A stretch of 64,000 bases of DNA, taken from the NCBI GenBank assembly GCA_963817895.1, contig CAWFQB010000005.1, forward strand, positions 64,001 to 128,000, given 5' to 3'. How positions within the stretch are numbered: position 1 is the stretch's first letter; every line of letters starts with the position of its first letter. A program made the position numbers and the translations under genes. The stretch is from an uncultured Chthonomonadaceae bacterium (lineage in GTDB: Bacteria > Armatimonadota > Chthonomonadetes > Chthonomonadales > Chthonomonadaceae). Under the pieces are notes generated by a model, which was not told the origin of the DNA, searched no databases, and worked only from the letters and a program-made list of their open reading frames with translations. Shown here one piece after another: positions 1 through 9,778 of this stretch.

Positions 1-261
1 AAATGAACTGTTGGCGCAGGGGTTGTCCAATCAGGCAGCAGGGCGCGAGACTGGCGCGGGCATACGGCCCCCAGCCTTTGAGAGGAAGTTCGGCGAGGGA
101 GGAGGCCGCCACAACAGACTGCGTTTTCGACTGCGCCCCCGCCGGTCTGCCGTTCGACAACAGGATGCCCATTGCGGCGAGGAGAGAGAAAACAGCCGCG
201 AATGAACGCGAATGAACGCGAATGGGATGCAGATTTCTTGCAGAGGTTTCAAATTTGGCAT
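1..261 (-). CDS. 5' part of a probable secreted protein running off the left edge (start uncertain)
   Basis: One minus frame is open to position 1 and reads ...SFAAVFSLLAAMGILLSNGRPAGAQSKTQ..., which is signal-peptide-like. The ATG at 261 is in another frame, so an indel or a start at 172 is needed. Confidence 0.35.
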
Positions 262-348
262 AACGATATTTCTCTATTGTAAGTCAAGGCATCAAACGGG
301 AAGTACCTGCCGGATCATATTCGCGTTCATTCGCGTTCATTCGCGGCT
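194..348. repeat. Inverted tandem-repeat element, 10-bp unit AATGAACGCG
   Basis: The 30-bp arm at 194-223 is the exact reverse complement of 319-348. Confidence 0.9.
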
Positions 349-386
349 AAATTGAAATTAAAACATGATATGACGGCGCAACGTGT

Positions 387-1284
387 CTATGCCCCAAATG
401 TCGAAGCCGAGTTGCCGGTACACCCGTTCGCCCGCGCTTTCGCGCTCCGTATACAGATACGTGAGGGCATTACCCAACTGTCGAGATCTTGAACGGCCTG
501 CGCGACAAGCTGAGAAGCGATGCCGCGCCGCCGGAACTGCGGATGCGTGATAACGCTGTCAATCAGCCCCCATCCGGCATGGGAAAACAACTGGCAGGCC
601 CCAACCGGCAGATTGTCCACGCGCGCCAGATACAGGCGGCAATCGGGCGAACGCGCTTCCCGCATGGCAACCCGCCGCCAAAGCGCCGCGTCTTCTTCGG
701 TGTCCTCGTCACAGCCGGCAAGGTCTATCCACGCCCGCATTTCTGCCGTCAAGTTCTCCTCTGTGTTGACGCTCGCACCCGCCTCGTTGTTACCGGTGTT
801 TGCAGGCCAAACCAATGTGTCGCTGTTACTGATGCCGATGTTGGAGGAATTCAGGAGATTTTTGGGGCGAGAAACAAGGGAAATGGCGCAGGCAGAATCT
901 ATGCTTTTCAGGGAGGTTGGAACAGGCGTTGTCCCGGCATGGCGCATCAGCAGCATACTGCCGATAACAGGCGTTACCCCGCGCATCCGCAACGCCGCGC
1001 CCGAACCCCAATGCTTCGGCAGCCGGATCCACATCCACCACAACGGGCAGGCCGCGTTCTCGATAATGCCTGATGATTTCGGCGACTACAGGTTCCGGGC
1101 CGCGTTCCCGTTGCGCCTCATTTGCATAGCGCAGACATAGGGCGCGGTTGGCGCTATGGTAATCCGGCATGTCAGGGCTGTCCAGAAACCAAATCTGTTC
1201 CGTTCGCGTGACCCGCGACCATATCTCAAAGTAACGCGCCTCATGCGCGATTAGAAGTTCCAGTTCATCCGGGGTTGGCTGCAT
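387..1284 (-). CDS. GNAT family acetyltransferase, frameshifted
   Basis: ORF 826..1284 gives the N-terminus. ORF 387..1043 carries GNAT motif A (VITHPQFRRRGIAS). Frames switch near 1000 and probably again near 485. Confidence 0.75.
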
Positions 1285-1469
1285 CCTGTTTTTCCACGAA
1301 ATGCCACTGCAACAGACTCTGCAATGTATTAGAAACGCTTCTAATTGGCTTTAGAAATTATCACGCCCGCTGTGGCTGTTTTGCCCTTTCAGGCGCGCTT
1401 GCCAATGGTATCATAAAAGAGAAAATAAACCACGCTGTTTAGAAGCGGTTTCGTTTGTGGAGGTGTTTT

Positions 1470-2360
1470 ATGGCTACCTATTCCGCGCCGCAGAATATCA
1501 GGCGGCGCGTTCCCGCAGCCCTGCCGGAACTGACGCGCAGGGACAACTGGCGGGCTGCGCCAGTTGCGACGGTCGTTACGTTTCTGGTTTTTATCGCGTA
1601 CTCGACGGTACGGGCGTTCGCGGGCAATAACTTTTCAACGTTCGAGCATCCAGGGCAGGTTTTCGATTGGGTGCGCGGCAATCCCAATTTACGGGCGGTT
1701 CAGCCACACTACTGGTCGCCGTTTTACTCGCCGTACATTCCCCTGCATCTGAACTACCCGTTTGTGCAGCACAATGGGGCCGGGATTGCGATCTCCGCCG
1801 CGCTGTACGTGCTGATTATTCCCTTGAGTTTCCGCCTGTCCTGCTACTACTGCCGCAAAACGTACTATCGCGCGGTGTTCGGCGATCCGAGCGCGTGCGC
1901 GGTGAAAGAGCAGTTCGCGCGCTTAAACTATCGGGGTGAAACCCGGCTGCCGGCGAAAGCGTTCAATTTGCACCGCTTTGCCCTGTACCTTGTTCTTGTG
2001 CTGGTCGCCTTCCACTGGTATCACCTGTTCGATGCGTTTCACGCCACCACTGCGGACGGACGCCATCATCTTTATGTCGGCGTTGGCACGTTGATTTTGG
2101 GACTGGACACGCTGGCGCTGACGGCGTACACGTTCTCCTGCCACTCGTTTCGGCATTTGACGGGCGGCGTCCTTGATTTCTTCTCGCGCAGCGCGGGCGC
2201 GAAACAGCGGCACGGTCTATGGGCAAAAGTGAGCCGCTGGAACGAATATCACGGCCAGTTCTTCTGGGCCAGCTTGATTACGGTTGGCCTCGCCGATCTG
2301 TACGTGTGCCTTGTCGCGTCGGGCGCGATTCGCGATTTGGGAATGGTGATTGGTAGTTAG
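1470..2360 (+). CDS. Membrane protein resembling the actinobacterial Sdh1-type succinate dehydrogenase membrane anchor
   Basis: Several TM helices. Motifs FRLSCYYCRKTYYR, LHRF, SCHSFRH and YHGQFFWASL match the Rv0249c-like pattern as I recall it. GGAGG RBS. Confidence 0.7.
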   Translation: MATYSAPQNIRRRVPAALPELTRRDNWRAAPVATVVTFLVFIAYSTVRAFAGNNFSTFEHPGQVFDWVRGNPNLRAVQPHYWSPFYSPYIPLHLNYPFVQHNGAGIAISAALYVLIIPLSFRLSCYYCRKTYYRAVFGDPSACAVKEQFARLNYRGETRLPAKAFNLHRFALYLVLVLVAFHWYHLFDAFHATTADGRHHLYVGVGTLILGLDTLALTAYTFSCHSFRHLTGGVLDFFSRSAGAKQRHGLWAKVSRWNEYHGQFFWASLITVGLADLYVCLVASGAIRDLGMVIGS

Positions 2361-2386
2361 TACACTATTCAAGATAGAACGCTGTC

Positions 2387-2467
2387 GTAGGGGCGCTGCT
2401 TGCTGCGCCCTCGTTTGCGAAGGAGGCAACCCTCGTTTGCGAAGGGTTCAGCAAGCAGAACCCCTAC
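2387..2467. repeat. GTAG-type REP doublet nested in a TGGTGAT/ATCACCA inverted repeat (2344-2533)
   Basis: GTAGGGGCGCTGCTTGCTGCGCCC...GGGTTCAGCAAGCAGAACCCCTAC, with an inverted copy at 46088-46187. Confidence 0.8.
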
Positions 2468-2530
2468 AATGTATCCATGCTTTCTTTATAGTGTGCCAAC
2501 CACCAGTCACTAATCACCAATCACCAACCA

Positions 2531-2929
2531 CTACTTTTTCAAACTGCCCAGATAGGCAACCAGATTGGTCAAGTCTTTGCCTTTAACCTTGTCGGCGAAA
2601 GACATCATGGTCGAATGGTGCGCGGCGGGGTTCACCACCGCTTCTTCGAGCCACTTGGGAGTGTGCTTGGGGTCGGCGGCCACTTTGGTCAGTTCGGGGC
2701 CGTTCTTGCCGCCTTCGCCCGCAATCGCATGGCAGCCGTTGCAGCTCTGCGCTTCGTAGACTTTCTTGCCTGCCGCGATGGCAGCGGGATCGTCTTTTTT
2801 GGGCGCGGTTTTGGCGGGCGGTTTTTTGCCTTTGGGCGGCGCGGCGAAAGCCGCGCTGAACATCAGCGAACCGAATACGCTCAGGCCGAGCATCATTGTT
2901 GTCACGGCCCTGTTGTTAGAGATAGCCAA
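2531..2929 (-). CDS. Monoheme cytochrome c
   Basis: Signal peptide, CNGCH heme motif, GPELT, distal Met. Confidence 0.9.
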   Translation of the reverse strand: MAISNNRAVTTMMLGLSVFGSLMFSAAFAAPPKGKKPPAKTAPKKDDPAAIAAGKKVYEAQSCNGCHAIAGEGGKNGPELTKVAADPKHTPKWLEEAVVNPAAHHSTMMSFADKVKGKDLTNLVAYLGSLKK

Positions 2930-3355
2930 ATCAGGCTCCTTTCCTTGTTTGCCCGGTAAGCATCCGGGGGTATCGTGTCTGCGCCCACTGCCGCAGCCTT
3001 TTTGCGAATGTTATCGAAATTTGGCAGCAACGGGAGTTGGAACAGGCGCAATATTGTATAACGCGGGCGCGTTCGCAGTGTGCCACCGGAAAATGCGGAA
3101 CCGGCAGCAATTTCAGAAAGATATTCGCGCTGAAAGTTACAAACTCCTCCTTGTTCGACAATTTTCTCCTGTCTGCGCTCACTGTATAGTTCCCTGTAGT
3201 TGTCGGCGTTTACGCCTTTTGCAATATGTAGAAGCGCAGAAAAAAGAAGAAGCGTGAAAATAGCCCTTCCCTTTTGGCAGAATTGAGGTATAATAGTGCC
3301 GTCATACAAAAGTTCTCATAAAAGTCTGTTTTGGATGAAAGATTATGTTTGATAA

Positions 3356-3427
3356 CGGGGTGTAGTTCAGTGGTAGAATGCCCGTCTGGGGGGCGGGTGG
3401 TCGCTGGTTCAAATCCAGTCACCCCGA
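3356..3427 (+). tRNA. tRNA-Pro(GGG), CCA not encoded
   Basis: Acceptor stem CGGGGTG/CACCCCG, anticodon arm CCCGT-CTGGGGG-GCGGG, T-loop GTTCAAATC. Confidence 0.95.
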
Positions 3428-3502
3428 TACTTCGCGCTTTGTTAAAGCCTGATTCGCTTTACACGGCTCAGTTTAGTGATTTATTTTGAATAGTTTCGCA
3501 TA

Positions 3503-3540
3503 TTCCTTTCGGGTTAGCAATTGCCCGGAAGGTTTTTTAT
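3503..3540 (+). terminator. Intrinsic terminator after the tRNA
   Basis: CCTTTCGGG...CCCGGAAGG hairpin followed by a T run. Confidence 0.65.
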
Positions 3541-3750
3541 GCGTGGATTGGACTGTAAAAGTTACCAGTGTGTCAATCTTTGTCGCTGAAGCGACTACGC
3601 GGCTGCTGAAAAATAATTGAAAAATTTACGTAAATTTTATTTATCATGCAACGAATATGTTTATAGGCGCGTAAATGAAAATTAAGGCGCATTAGGTTAT
3701 GCTTTTGATGCCCCAATACCAACGAAGCGACGCGCAGCAAGGAAAATGTT

Positions 3751-4233
3751 TTGGAAACCACAATACAACAACGACGAAAATACGTCGGTCTAGGCAATGA
3801 TGAGGCGTCTATCGGCGTCCTCGAGGGTGAAATTCTGCGGCATCTGTGGGATGCCGGCGAAGCCCAGTCTTCCGTGCAGGTCTTTGAAACCATCTATTTT
3901 GCCCGCAAGGAAGCGAAGCACGAAATGGCATCGCCCTCGACGATTGCCGTAACTCTCAGCCGCATGGTTCAGAAGGGTTTGCTCACGATTACCACACAGG
4001 TCGGCCATAAGGGCAAAGGCCGAGGCAAGGGCTACTACACGCCGGCGAAATCCCGCGCGGAAATTACCCTGTCCGTACTGGATGATACCAGCCGCCGCCT
4101 GACCGGGCAGCCACTCGGCTACCTGCTGACATGTCTTGACAAAGAGAAAAGCGCCGACAAGGACGCGCCCGATGCAGGATTGTCTGATTTGATCGAAGTT
4201 CTCAAAGGGCTTCAGCACGCGGCCAAGTCATAA
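3751..4233 (+). CDS. BlaI/MecI/CopY family winged-helix regulator
   Basis: LEGEILRHLW...STIAVTLSRMVQKGLL...YYTP pattern. Confidence 0.8.
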   Translation: METTIQQRRKYVGLGNDEASIGVLEGEILRHLWDAGEAQSSVQVFETIYFARKEAKHEMASPSTIAVTLSRMVQKGLLTITTQVGHKGKGRGKGYYTPAKSRAEITLSVLDDTSRRLTGQPLGYLLTCLDKEKSADKDAPDAGLSDLIEVLKGLQHAAKS

Positions 4234-4270
4234 CCAGTCGCTTTCAAGCCACAAATCGTACAAGCGTAAA

Positions 4271-4308
4271 TAAGCAACCCCAAAGCCGAACGGTTTTGGG
4301 GTTGCTTG
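4271..4308. terminator. Hairpin between convergent genes
   Basis: AAGCAACCCCAAAGCCG-AA-CGGTTTTGGGGTTGCTT. Confidence 0.7.
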
Positions 4309-4335
4309 CTGGTATACACGCAAACGATTTGAGGC

Positions 4336-4662
4336 TCACACTCGTCCGGGCGGCGCGTGACGTGTCTGGTCGGCGGCTTCCTGTCCCTCTCGTGTCGGCA
4401 ACCCCTGCGCGTAAGCGTCATTCTCCGTCGTATAGTTGGTGGTGGCGGGCTTTGTTTCATTGGGATTGATGGGATCAGGAATCGTATTGCCGCCGGAAAC
4501 ATGGGGTGCGCCGGTCGTACCCTGCTGCGCGTCGCCGGAACCGTGTACAAGATTCTGGGCCGGAGACGCGCCCGGCTGGCTTTCCGAGGGCTTGTTGCCG
4601 GGGCTGTTGACTTCCTGCGGGTCCTGCGACATGAGCCGCGAGGGTTTCTCATCCGTTTGCAT
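4336..4662 (-). CDS. Small hydrophilic, probably disordered protein
   Basis: GAAGGAAGAG RBS before MQTDEKPS. Rich in P/S/T/Q/G. Confidence 0.55.
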   Translation of the reverse strand: MQTDEKPSRLMSQDPQEVNSPGNKPSESQPGASPAQNLVHGSGDAQQGTTGAPHVSGGNTIPDPINPNETKPATTNYTTENDAYAQGLPTREGQEAADQTRHAPPGRV

Positions 4663-4804
4663 AGTTTTCTCTTCCTTCAATGGACTATAATAGGTTGGGC
4701 AAAGAAGCCGCCAGATACGCGCTTCTTCCAGACATACAGACGTTGTCACCATCTGGCGCTGACCCTGCAAGAAGGACATAAGCGCCCGCATGGAAGTTCC
4801 CACA

Positions 4805-5593
4805 ATGCGTAATCCAAATATAGACCGCCTTGCGCCCACGCGGCGACCGAACGGGCGTATTGTGATGCGGCAGCAGTGGCGCGACCTGCTGTTTTTACAC
4901 TGGGAAGTCCCCGCTACGCTTCTGCAGTCTCTCATTCCTGACGAACTGACATTGGATACTTTTGAGGGCAAAGCGTATATCGGACTGGTTCCGTTCACGA
5001 TGCGCAATGTTCGCCCCATCTGGGCGCCCTCCGTTCCGCCCCTGTCCAACTTTCACGAAACCAATGTCCGTACCTACGTACACTACAAAGGCCGCGATCC
5101 CGGCGTGTGGTTTTTCAGCCTTGACGCCGCCAATCCCATCGCCGTGCAGATCGCCCGCCTCTGGTTCAAACTGCCGTACTACTATGCGCGGATGCGATTG
5201 GAGAAGAGGGAAGAAAAGGAGAAAAGGAGAAAAGGAGAAGAGGAGACGCAATCCACAGTCGAATACGCGACGGAGCGGCTTTGGCCTGCGCCTGTTCCGG
5301 CGGCGTGTCATGTTGACTGGACGCCGGAGGCAGGGGTACGACACGCGGAACCGGATACGCTGGAACACTTCCTGATTGAGAGATATATCCTGTATGCGTA
5401 TCGGAATGGGAGTTTATACAGCGGACAGGTGCATCATCCAACCTATCCGGTGCAGAACGCGACACTGAAGTATTTAGAAGAGAGCCTGATTGCGCAGGCC
5501 GGAATTATACGGCCTGACACGCCCCCGCCTTTGGTTCACTATTCCGCTGGCGTAGATGTGGATATATTCCCGCTTGGGCGCGTAAAAATATGA
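4805..5593 (+). CDS. YqjF/DUF2071 family protein
   Basis: MRQQWRDLLFLHW, FHETNVRTYV, PGVWFFSLDA, FLIERY. Confidence 0.9.
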   Translation: MRNPNIDRLAPTRRPNGRIVMRQQWRDLLFLHWEVPATLLQSLIPDELTLDTFEGKAYIGLVPFTMRNVRPIWAPSVPPLSNFHETNVRTYVHYKGRDPGVWFFSLDAANPIAVQIARLWFKLPYYYARMRLEKREEKEKRRKGEEETQSTVEYATERLWPAPVPAACHVDWTPEAGVRHAEPDTLEHFLIERYILYAYRNGSLYSGQVHHPTYPVQNATLKYLEESLIAQAGIIRPDTPPPLVHYSAGVDVDIFPLGRVKI

Positions 5594-5613
5594 AAACAGC
5601 GCTGAGAGTATAG

Positions 5614-6411
5614 ATGTTCCCCTTGATGGACACAAGAGGAACAGCTACGGAGGAATTATTACGGATGACTTTGGAACGCCTGCTGGATTTGACAGTCAAC
5701 CCGCCTGAGCCGGACGACCTGTACACGCATTTCGACTTTCCCGAACCGCCTGAAGATCGCCCTTATGTCATTATTAATATGGCTTCCACTGTGGACGGCA
5801 AAATCGTGATTGGCGAACCGGGCGGGCCGGCGAAAGGCGTGGGCGGTCCGACCGACCAGAAGTTGTTCCGGCAGCTGCAAAAAGTGGTGGATGCCGCATT
5901 GATAGGAAGTGGAACGCTGCGGGCGAGTCAGGTGATATATCCGCCGGAAATCGCGCGGTTCGTTGTCTCACAAAGCGGCAACGTGCCGCTGAACAACCGT
6001 TTTTTTACGGATGCGCCGGATCGCGCGACCGTGCTTGTGTCGGAAGATTTGCAGGAGGAGACTCTTGCCCGCCTGCGGAACAATACCCATGTGCTGGCAG
6101 TCGGAAAAGGAACCGTGAATTTCCCCGCTGCCCTGCGTCACATACGGCAACAGGGTACGCGCGTTTTGCTATGCGAGGGCGGGGCCATGCTCAACGACGC
6201 GCTGCTCCGACAGGGTCTGGTGGACGAACTGTTCCTGACCCTTGCGCCCAAACTTAAAGGCGGCGCGAACCTGCCGACGATTGTGTCCGGGCAGGGGTTT
6301 CCTCCCGGCGCGTATCTGCCGCTGCAGCTGCTTTCCCTGTACCGCGATGAGGATGAATTGTATCTCCGCTATCGGATTGAAAGCGAATCAAACGGAAGCA
6401 ACGCGAAATAA
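5614..6411 (+). CDS. RibD C-terminal (pyrimidine reductase/DHFR-like) protein
   Basis: RPYVIINMASTVDGKI, LLCEGG, LVDELFLTLAP. Confidence 0.85.
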   Translation: MFPLMDTRGTATEELLRMTLERLLDLTVNPPEPDDLYTHFDFPEPPEDRPYVIINMASTVDGKIVIGEPGGPAKGVGGPTDQKLFRQLQKVVDAALIGSGTLRASQVIYPPEIARFVVSQSGNVPLNNRFFTDAPDRATVLVSEDLQEETLARLRNNTHVLAVGKGTVNFPAALRHIRQQGTRVLLCEGGAMLNDALLRQGLVDELFLTLAPKLKGGANLPTIVSGQGFPPGAYLPLQLLSLYRDEDELYLRYRIESESNGSNAK

Positions 6412-6544
6412 AACGTAAAAACGCGCGTTTTTCGACAGATCAACCCGTCTTAAACTTGCGTTTCCACGCTGAATCTGTTATCATTGCGCCGTACCTGCGT
6501 ACATCCGGTAGTTATTCAATACACGATGGGAGCAGCAGCCCGCT

Positions 6545-8200
6545 ATGAAAGTGGTTACGGCCCAACAAATGCGCGACCTGGACCGGCGCGCGATGCAAGA
6601 ATTCGGAATGCCCGGCGCGGTTCTGATGGAAAACGCGGGGCGCGCGGTTGTGGATGTGATGCTGCGCGAGTTCGGCTCCCTCGAGGGCAAGCGCATCGCC
6701 GTGTTTTGCGGCAGCGGCAACAATGGCGGCGACGGCGCGGTGATTGCCCGCCTGCTATGGCTGCTTGGCGCGTTTCCTCAAGTGGCCCTTGTCGGTTCCT
6801 ACGACAGTCTGAAACCGGAAGCGCGAATCCATTTCGACATTCTGAATTCCCTCGAAATAGATATAAACGGCTTCGGCTATGACAGCCCTCCCCGTCCGCT
6901 CACGGAGGATTTCGGCTGGCGCGTGGACATGGTTGTGGACGCCCTGCTTGGCACGGGCAGTATGGGAGCGCCCCGCGACGGTTACGCGACGGCGATTGCA
7001 AGCGTCAACAAAACCGATTGCCCCGTGATTGCCGTTGACATCCCCTCCGGGGTGGACGCGGACACGGGCGCGGTGCCGGGGCAGGCCATTCGCGCAACGC
7101 ATACCGTGACGTTCGCGTATCCCAAAGTAGGGCTGTTTCTGTTTCCGGGCGCGGCCAATGTGGGCAAACTGCACGTTGCCGACATCGGCTTCGCATGGGA
7201 CAAACTGGACTGTAAAACCCCGTTTCGCGTGTTTACCCTGCCCGGAACATCGCGGGAGGATTTCGGGCATCGTCCGAGCAGTCTGGGCGCAGCCGCGCGA
7301 TTGTTGAAGAAACGCTACGCGGACGCCAATAAGGGAGATTACGGGCATGTCGGCATTGTCGCCGGTTCGCGGGGCATGTGCGGCGCGCCCGCTCTGGTTG
7401 CCCGCGCCGCCCAACATACGGGAGCCGGACTGGTCACAGTGCTGTGTCCCGAAAGCGCGCAGACGGTGATTGCGGGTAAACTCGATGAGCAGATGACGAT
7501 TTCCCTGCCTGAATCGGAGGGGGCCGTCAGCGCAGACGCCTTTGACGCCATTGCCGAATTTGCCGCCAAATCTACGCTGCTGTGCGTCGGGCCGGGATTG
7601 ACGACAAAACCGGGGGCAATGGCGCTTGTTCATCGCCTGATTGCCGAGATTGACAAACCGCTGGTTTTAGACGCGGACGGTTTGAACGCGCTGGCACTTC
7701 AGCCTGATATTATTCAACAGCGGGCGGATAATCCCCGTTCGCCGCTTGTGCTGACGCCGCATCCGGGCGAGGCCGCCCGCCTGCTGAACATCTCTATTGA
7801 AGCGGTGCAGGCTGACCGCATCGGCGCGGTTCGCGAACTCGCGCAACGTTACAAAGCGATTGTTCTGCTCAAAGGCCGCTATACGCTGATTGCCGACCGG
7901 GACGGCGATATTGTTATCAACACGACCGGCAATCCGGGTATGGCGACCGGAGGGGCGGGGGACACGCTGACCGGCATTGTGGGCGGACTGCTGGCGCAAT
8001 TTGTACATTTGCAGGCCAAACAGCATGGCGATGAGCATGACGAATGGGTAGCGGATGTAAAAACTGTCGCGCTTGCCGCCTACGCGCACGGCCTTGCCGC
8101 CGATCTCGCGGCGGAACATAGCAGTGAGGCCGGCCTTGTCGCCGGGGATATAATATCGCATCTGGGACGCGCTTTGCGGCTGTTGGAGGAGAAAAAGTGA
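6545..8200 (+). CDS. nnr: Bifunctional NAD(P)H-hydrate epimerase/dehydratase
   Basis: LMENAG, GNNGGDG, DIPSG, LDADGLN, LTPHPGE, GGAGDTL. Confidence 0.95.
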   Translation: MKVVTAQQMRDLDRRAMQEFGMPGAVLMENAGRAVVDVMLREFGSLEGKRIAVFCGSGNNGGDGAVIARLLWLLGAFPQVALVGSYDSLKPEARIHFDILNSLEIDINGFGYDSPPRPLTEDFGWRVDMVVDALLGTGSMGAPRDGYATAIASVNKTDCPVIAVDIPSGVDADTGAVPGQAIRATHTVTFAYPKVGLFLFPGAANVGKLHVADIGFAWDKLDCKTPFRVFTLPGTSREDFGHRPSSLGAAARLLKKRYADANKGDYGHVGIVAGSRGMCGAPALVARAAQHTGAGLVTVLCPESAQTVIAGKLDEQMTISLPESEGAVSADAFDAIAEFAAKSTLLCVGPGLTTKPGAMALVHRLIAEIDKPLVLDADGLNALALQPDIIQQRADNPRSPLVLTPHPGEAARLLNISIEAVQADRIGAVRELAQRYKAIVLLKGRYTLIADRDGDIVINTTGNPGMATGGAGDTLTGIVGGLLAQFVHLQAKQHGDEHDEWVADVKTVALAAYAHGLAADLAAEHSSEAGLVAGDIISHLGRALRLLEEKK

Positions 8201-9654
8201 AGGTTATGCTGTCAACGTTCCACAACAAAGGTTTGCTTGTTGCCGCATCCGGCATAGCGTTAGCTTGCGGTTCCCTGAGCGTACAGGCGCAGGACAAGGT
8301 CAAGCCGCCCTCTTCCGCAACTGCGCCCTCAACGGCGACAAACCCGGCTTCCTCCGGCAATTCTGCTACGACGCCGGGAACAACCACCCCAACAACAGCC
8401 GCTGCGACCATGCAGTTGCGCCGCGAGATTTCGGGCAATTTCCTGTGCCGCTTTGTCACCAATACGGACGAAACCGCCGCCCTTGTCGCCCTCCCCGCGC
8501 CCATTGGTGGCGACAATGTGGTTGCGATTCCGGTTCCGTCCACCATCAAGGCGAAAGAGGCCCTGCTGGAAGTGGTAGATACCGATCACAGCCGCGTGGC
8601 GCGTATCCCCGTAAACACGACGGGCGTGACCGCGCTCAACGACGGCGCATTCAAGTACGTGCAGACGGTTCTGGTTCCCGCGCAGGTGAAGGGCAAGGGC
8701 GGTCTGACCTCGGCAACCGTCACATTAGCAAGCGCGGACAAATCCTACAGCAAAAGCGTCACTCTGACGCCTGCCGATATGGGTACGGCCAAATTCGCCA
8801 ATGTTCCGCTTGGAAAGCCGATTACGGTAACGGTCACGGAGGGAGCCAATCCCCCTTACAGCGCCACGCAAACCCTCACGGTTCCCACCACGCCCGAAGG
8901 TTATAAATGGCCGATTGAAGTGTCGTGGGCGGACGCGCATACCGTACCGCTTCCCACAACAACCACTGCGCCTGCAACCGGCACAACTCCTTCCGGCATG
9001 TCGCCTGCAGTTCCTCCCGGTTCCGGCGTTCCCGCCACGCCCCTTCCCACCGCCGCGCCCACTGCAACCCCGGAGAATCCTCTCGGCGGCATTGTCAGCA
9101 CGGTTGTCAGCATCCTGTTTTTGGGCGGGGTGGGCTACGGTCTGTTTTGGGCGTACCAGAACGGACACGTCAAGGCCATGCTGGACAAATTGGGCATCCA
9201 AACGCAGCCCGCCACTTCGGTCGGCCCACAAATCAGCCCGTTCGACAAGCCGCAGAAAACGCCCATACAGCCGATTACGGACGGAACATCCGAACCGCTC
9301 GGCGGGGGCAACTACGCGGGCGGCGTGGCAATGGCCGCGCCCCCGACCGTCAGCGCAGGCCCGCGCCTTGTCGCCACGATGGGAACGTATGCGGGCAATA
9401 TCTTCCCGCTTTCCGGCGGCAGTCTGGATATCGGGCGCGACGCGGTGAACGCCGTTGCCCTGCCCAACGACACCAACGCTTCGCGCCGCCATGCCATTCT
9501 GCAAGTAACGGGCGGGCAAACAACCGTCACGGATAACGGCTCGTCCAACGGCACTTTTGTCAACGGCGTCCGCATCCCCGCGCAGTCCCCCCACCCGCTC
9601 AATACCGGCGACGAAGTTCAAATCGGCATGACGCGGTTTAGATATGAAGGATAG
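8197..9654 (+). CDS. Single-pass membrane protein with extracellular region and cytoplasmic FHA domain
   Basis: Signal peptide, P/T-rich linker, TM helix, FHA motifs IGR, ASRRHA, SSNGTFVNG. Confidence 0.85.
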   Translation: MKVMLSTFHNKGLLVAASGIALACGSLSVQAQDKVKPPSSATAPSTATNPASSGNSATTPGTTTPTTAAATMQLRREISGNFLCRFVTNTDETAALVALPAPIGGDNVVAIPVPSTIKAKEALLEVVDTDHSRVARIPVNTTGVTALNDGAFKYVQTVLVPAQVKGKGGLTSATVTLASADKSYSKSVTLTPADMGTAKFANVPLGKPITVTVTEGANPPYSATQTLTVPTTPEGYKWPIEVSWADAHTVPLPTTTTAPATGTTPSGMSPAVPPGSGVPATPLPTAAPTATPENPLGGIVSTVVSILFLGGVGYGLFWAYQNGHVKAMLDKLGIQTQPATSVGPQISPFDKPQKTPIQPITDGTSEPLGGGNYAGGVAMAAPPTVSAGPRLVATMGTYAGNIFPLSGGSLDIGRDAVNAVALPNDTNASRRHAILQVTGGQTTVTDNGSSNGTFVNGVRIPAQSPHPLNTGDEVQIGMTRFRYEG

Positions 9655-9760
9655 GTGTTCGGGTGTTCAGGAGTTGTGTTAATAGTCTTGATGCGCAAAA
9701 GTAAACGTGTTACTGCTGCATTGTCTTGAATACCCGAACGCCTGAACACCTGAACACCCT
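9652..9760. repeat. Inverted tandem-repeat element, 8-bp unit (A/G)GGTGTTC
   Basis: AGGTGTTCGGGTGTTCAGG...CCTGAACACCTGAACACC. Confidence 0.8.
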
Positions 9761-9778
9761 CCTCAGAAGGAGATTTCT

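Noticed and set aside
3356..4233. Genomic island integrated at tRNA-Pro
   Set aside because: No integrase and no repeat of the tRNA 3' end seen in the window.
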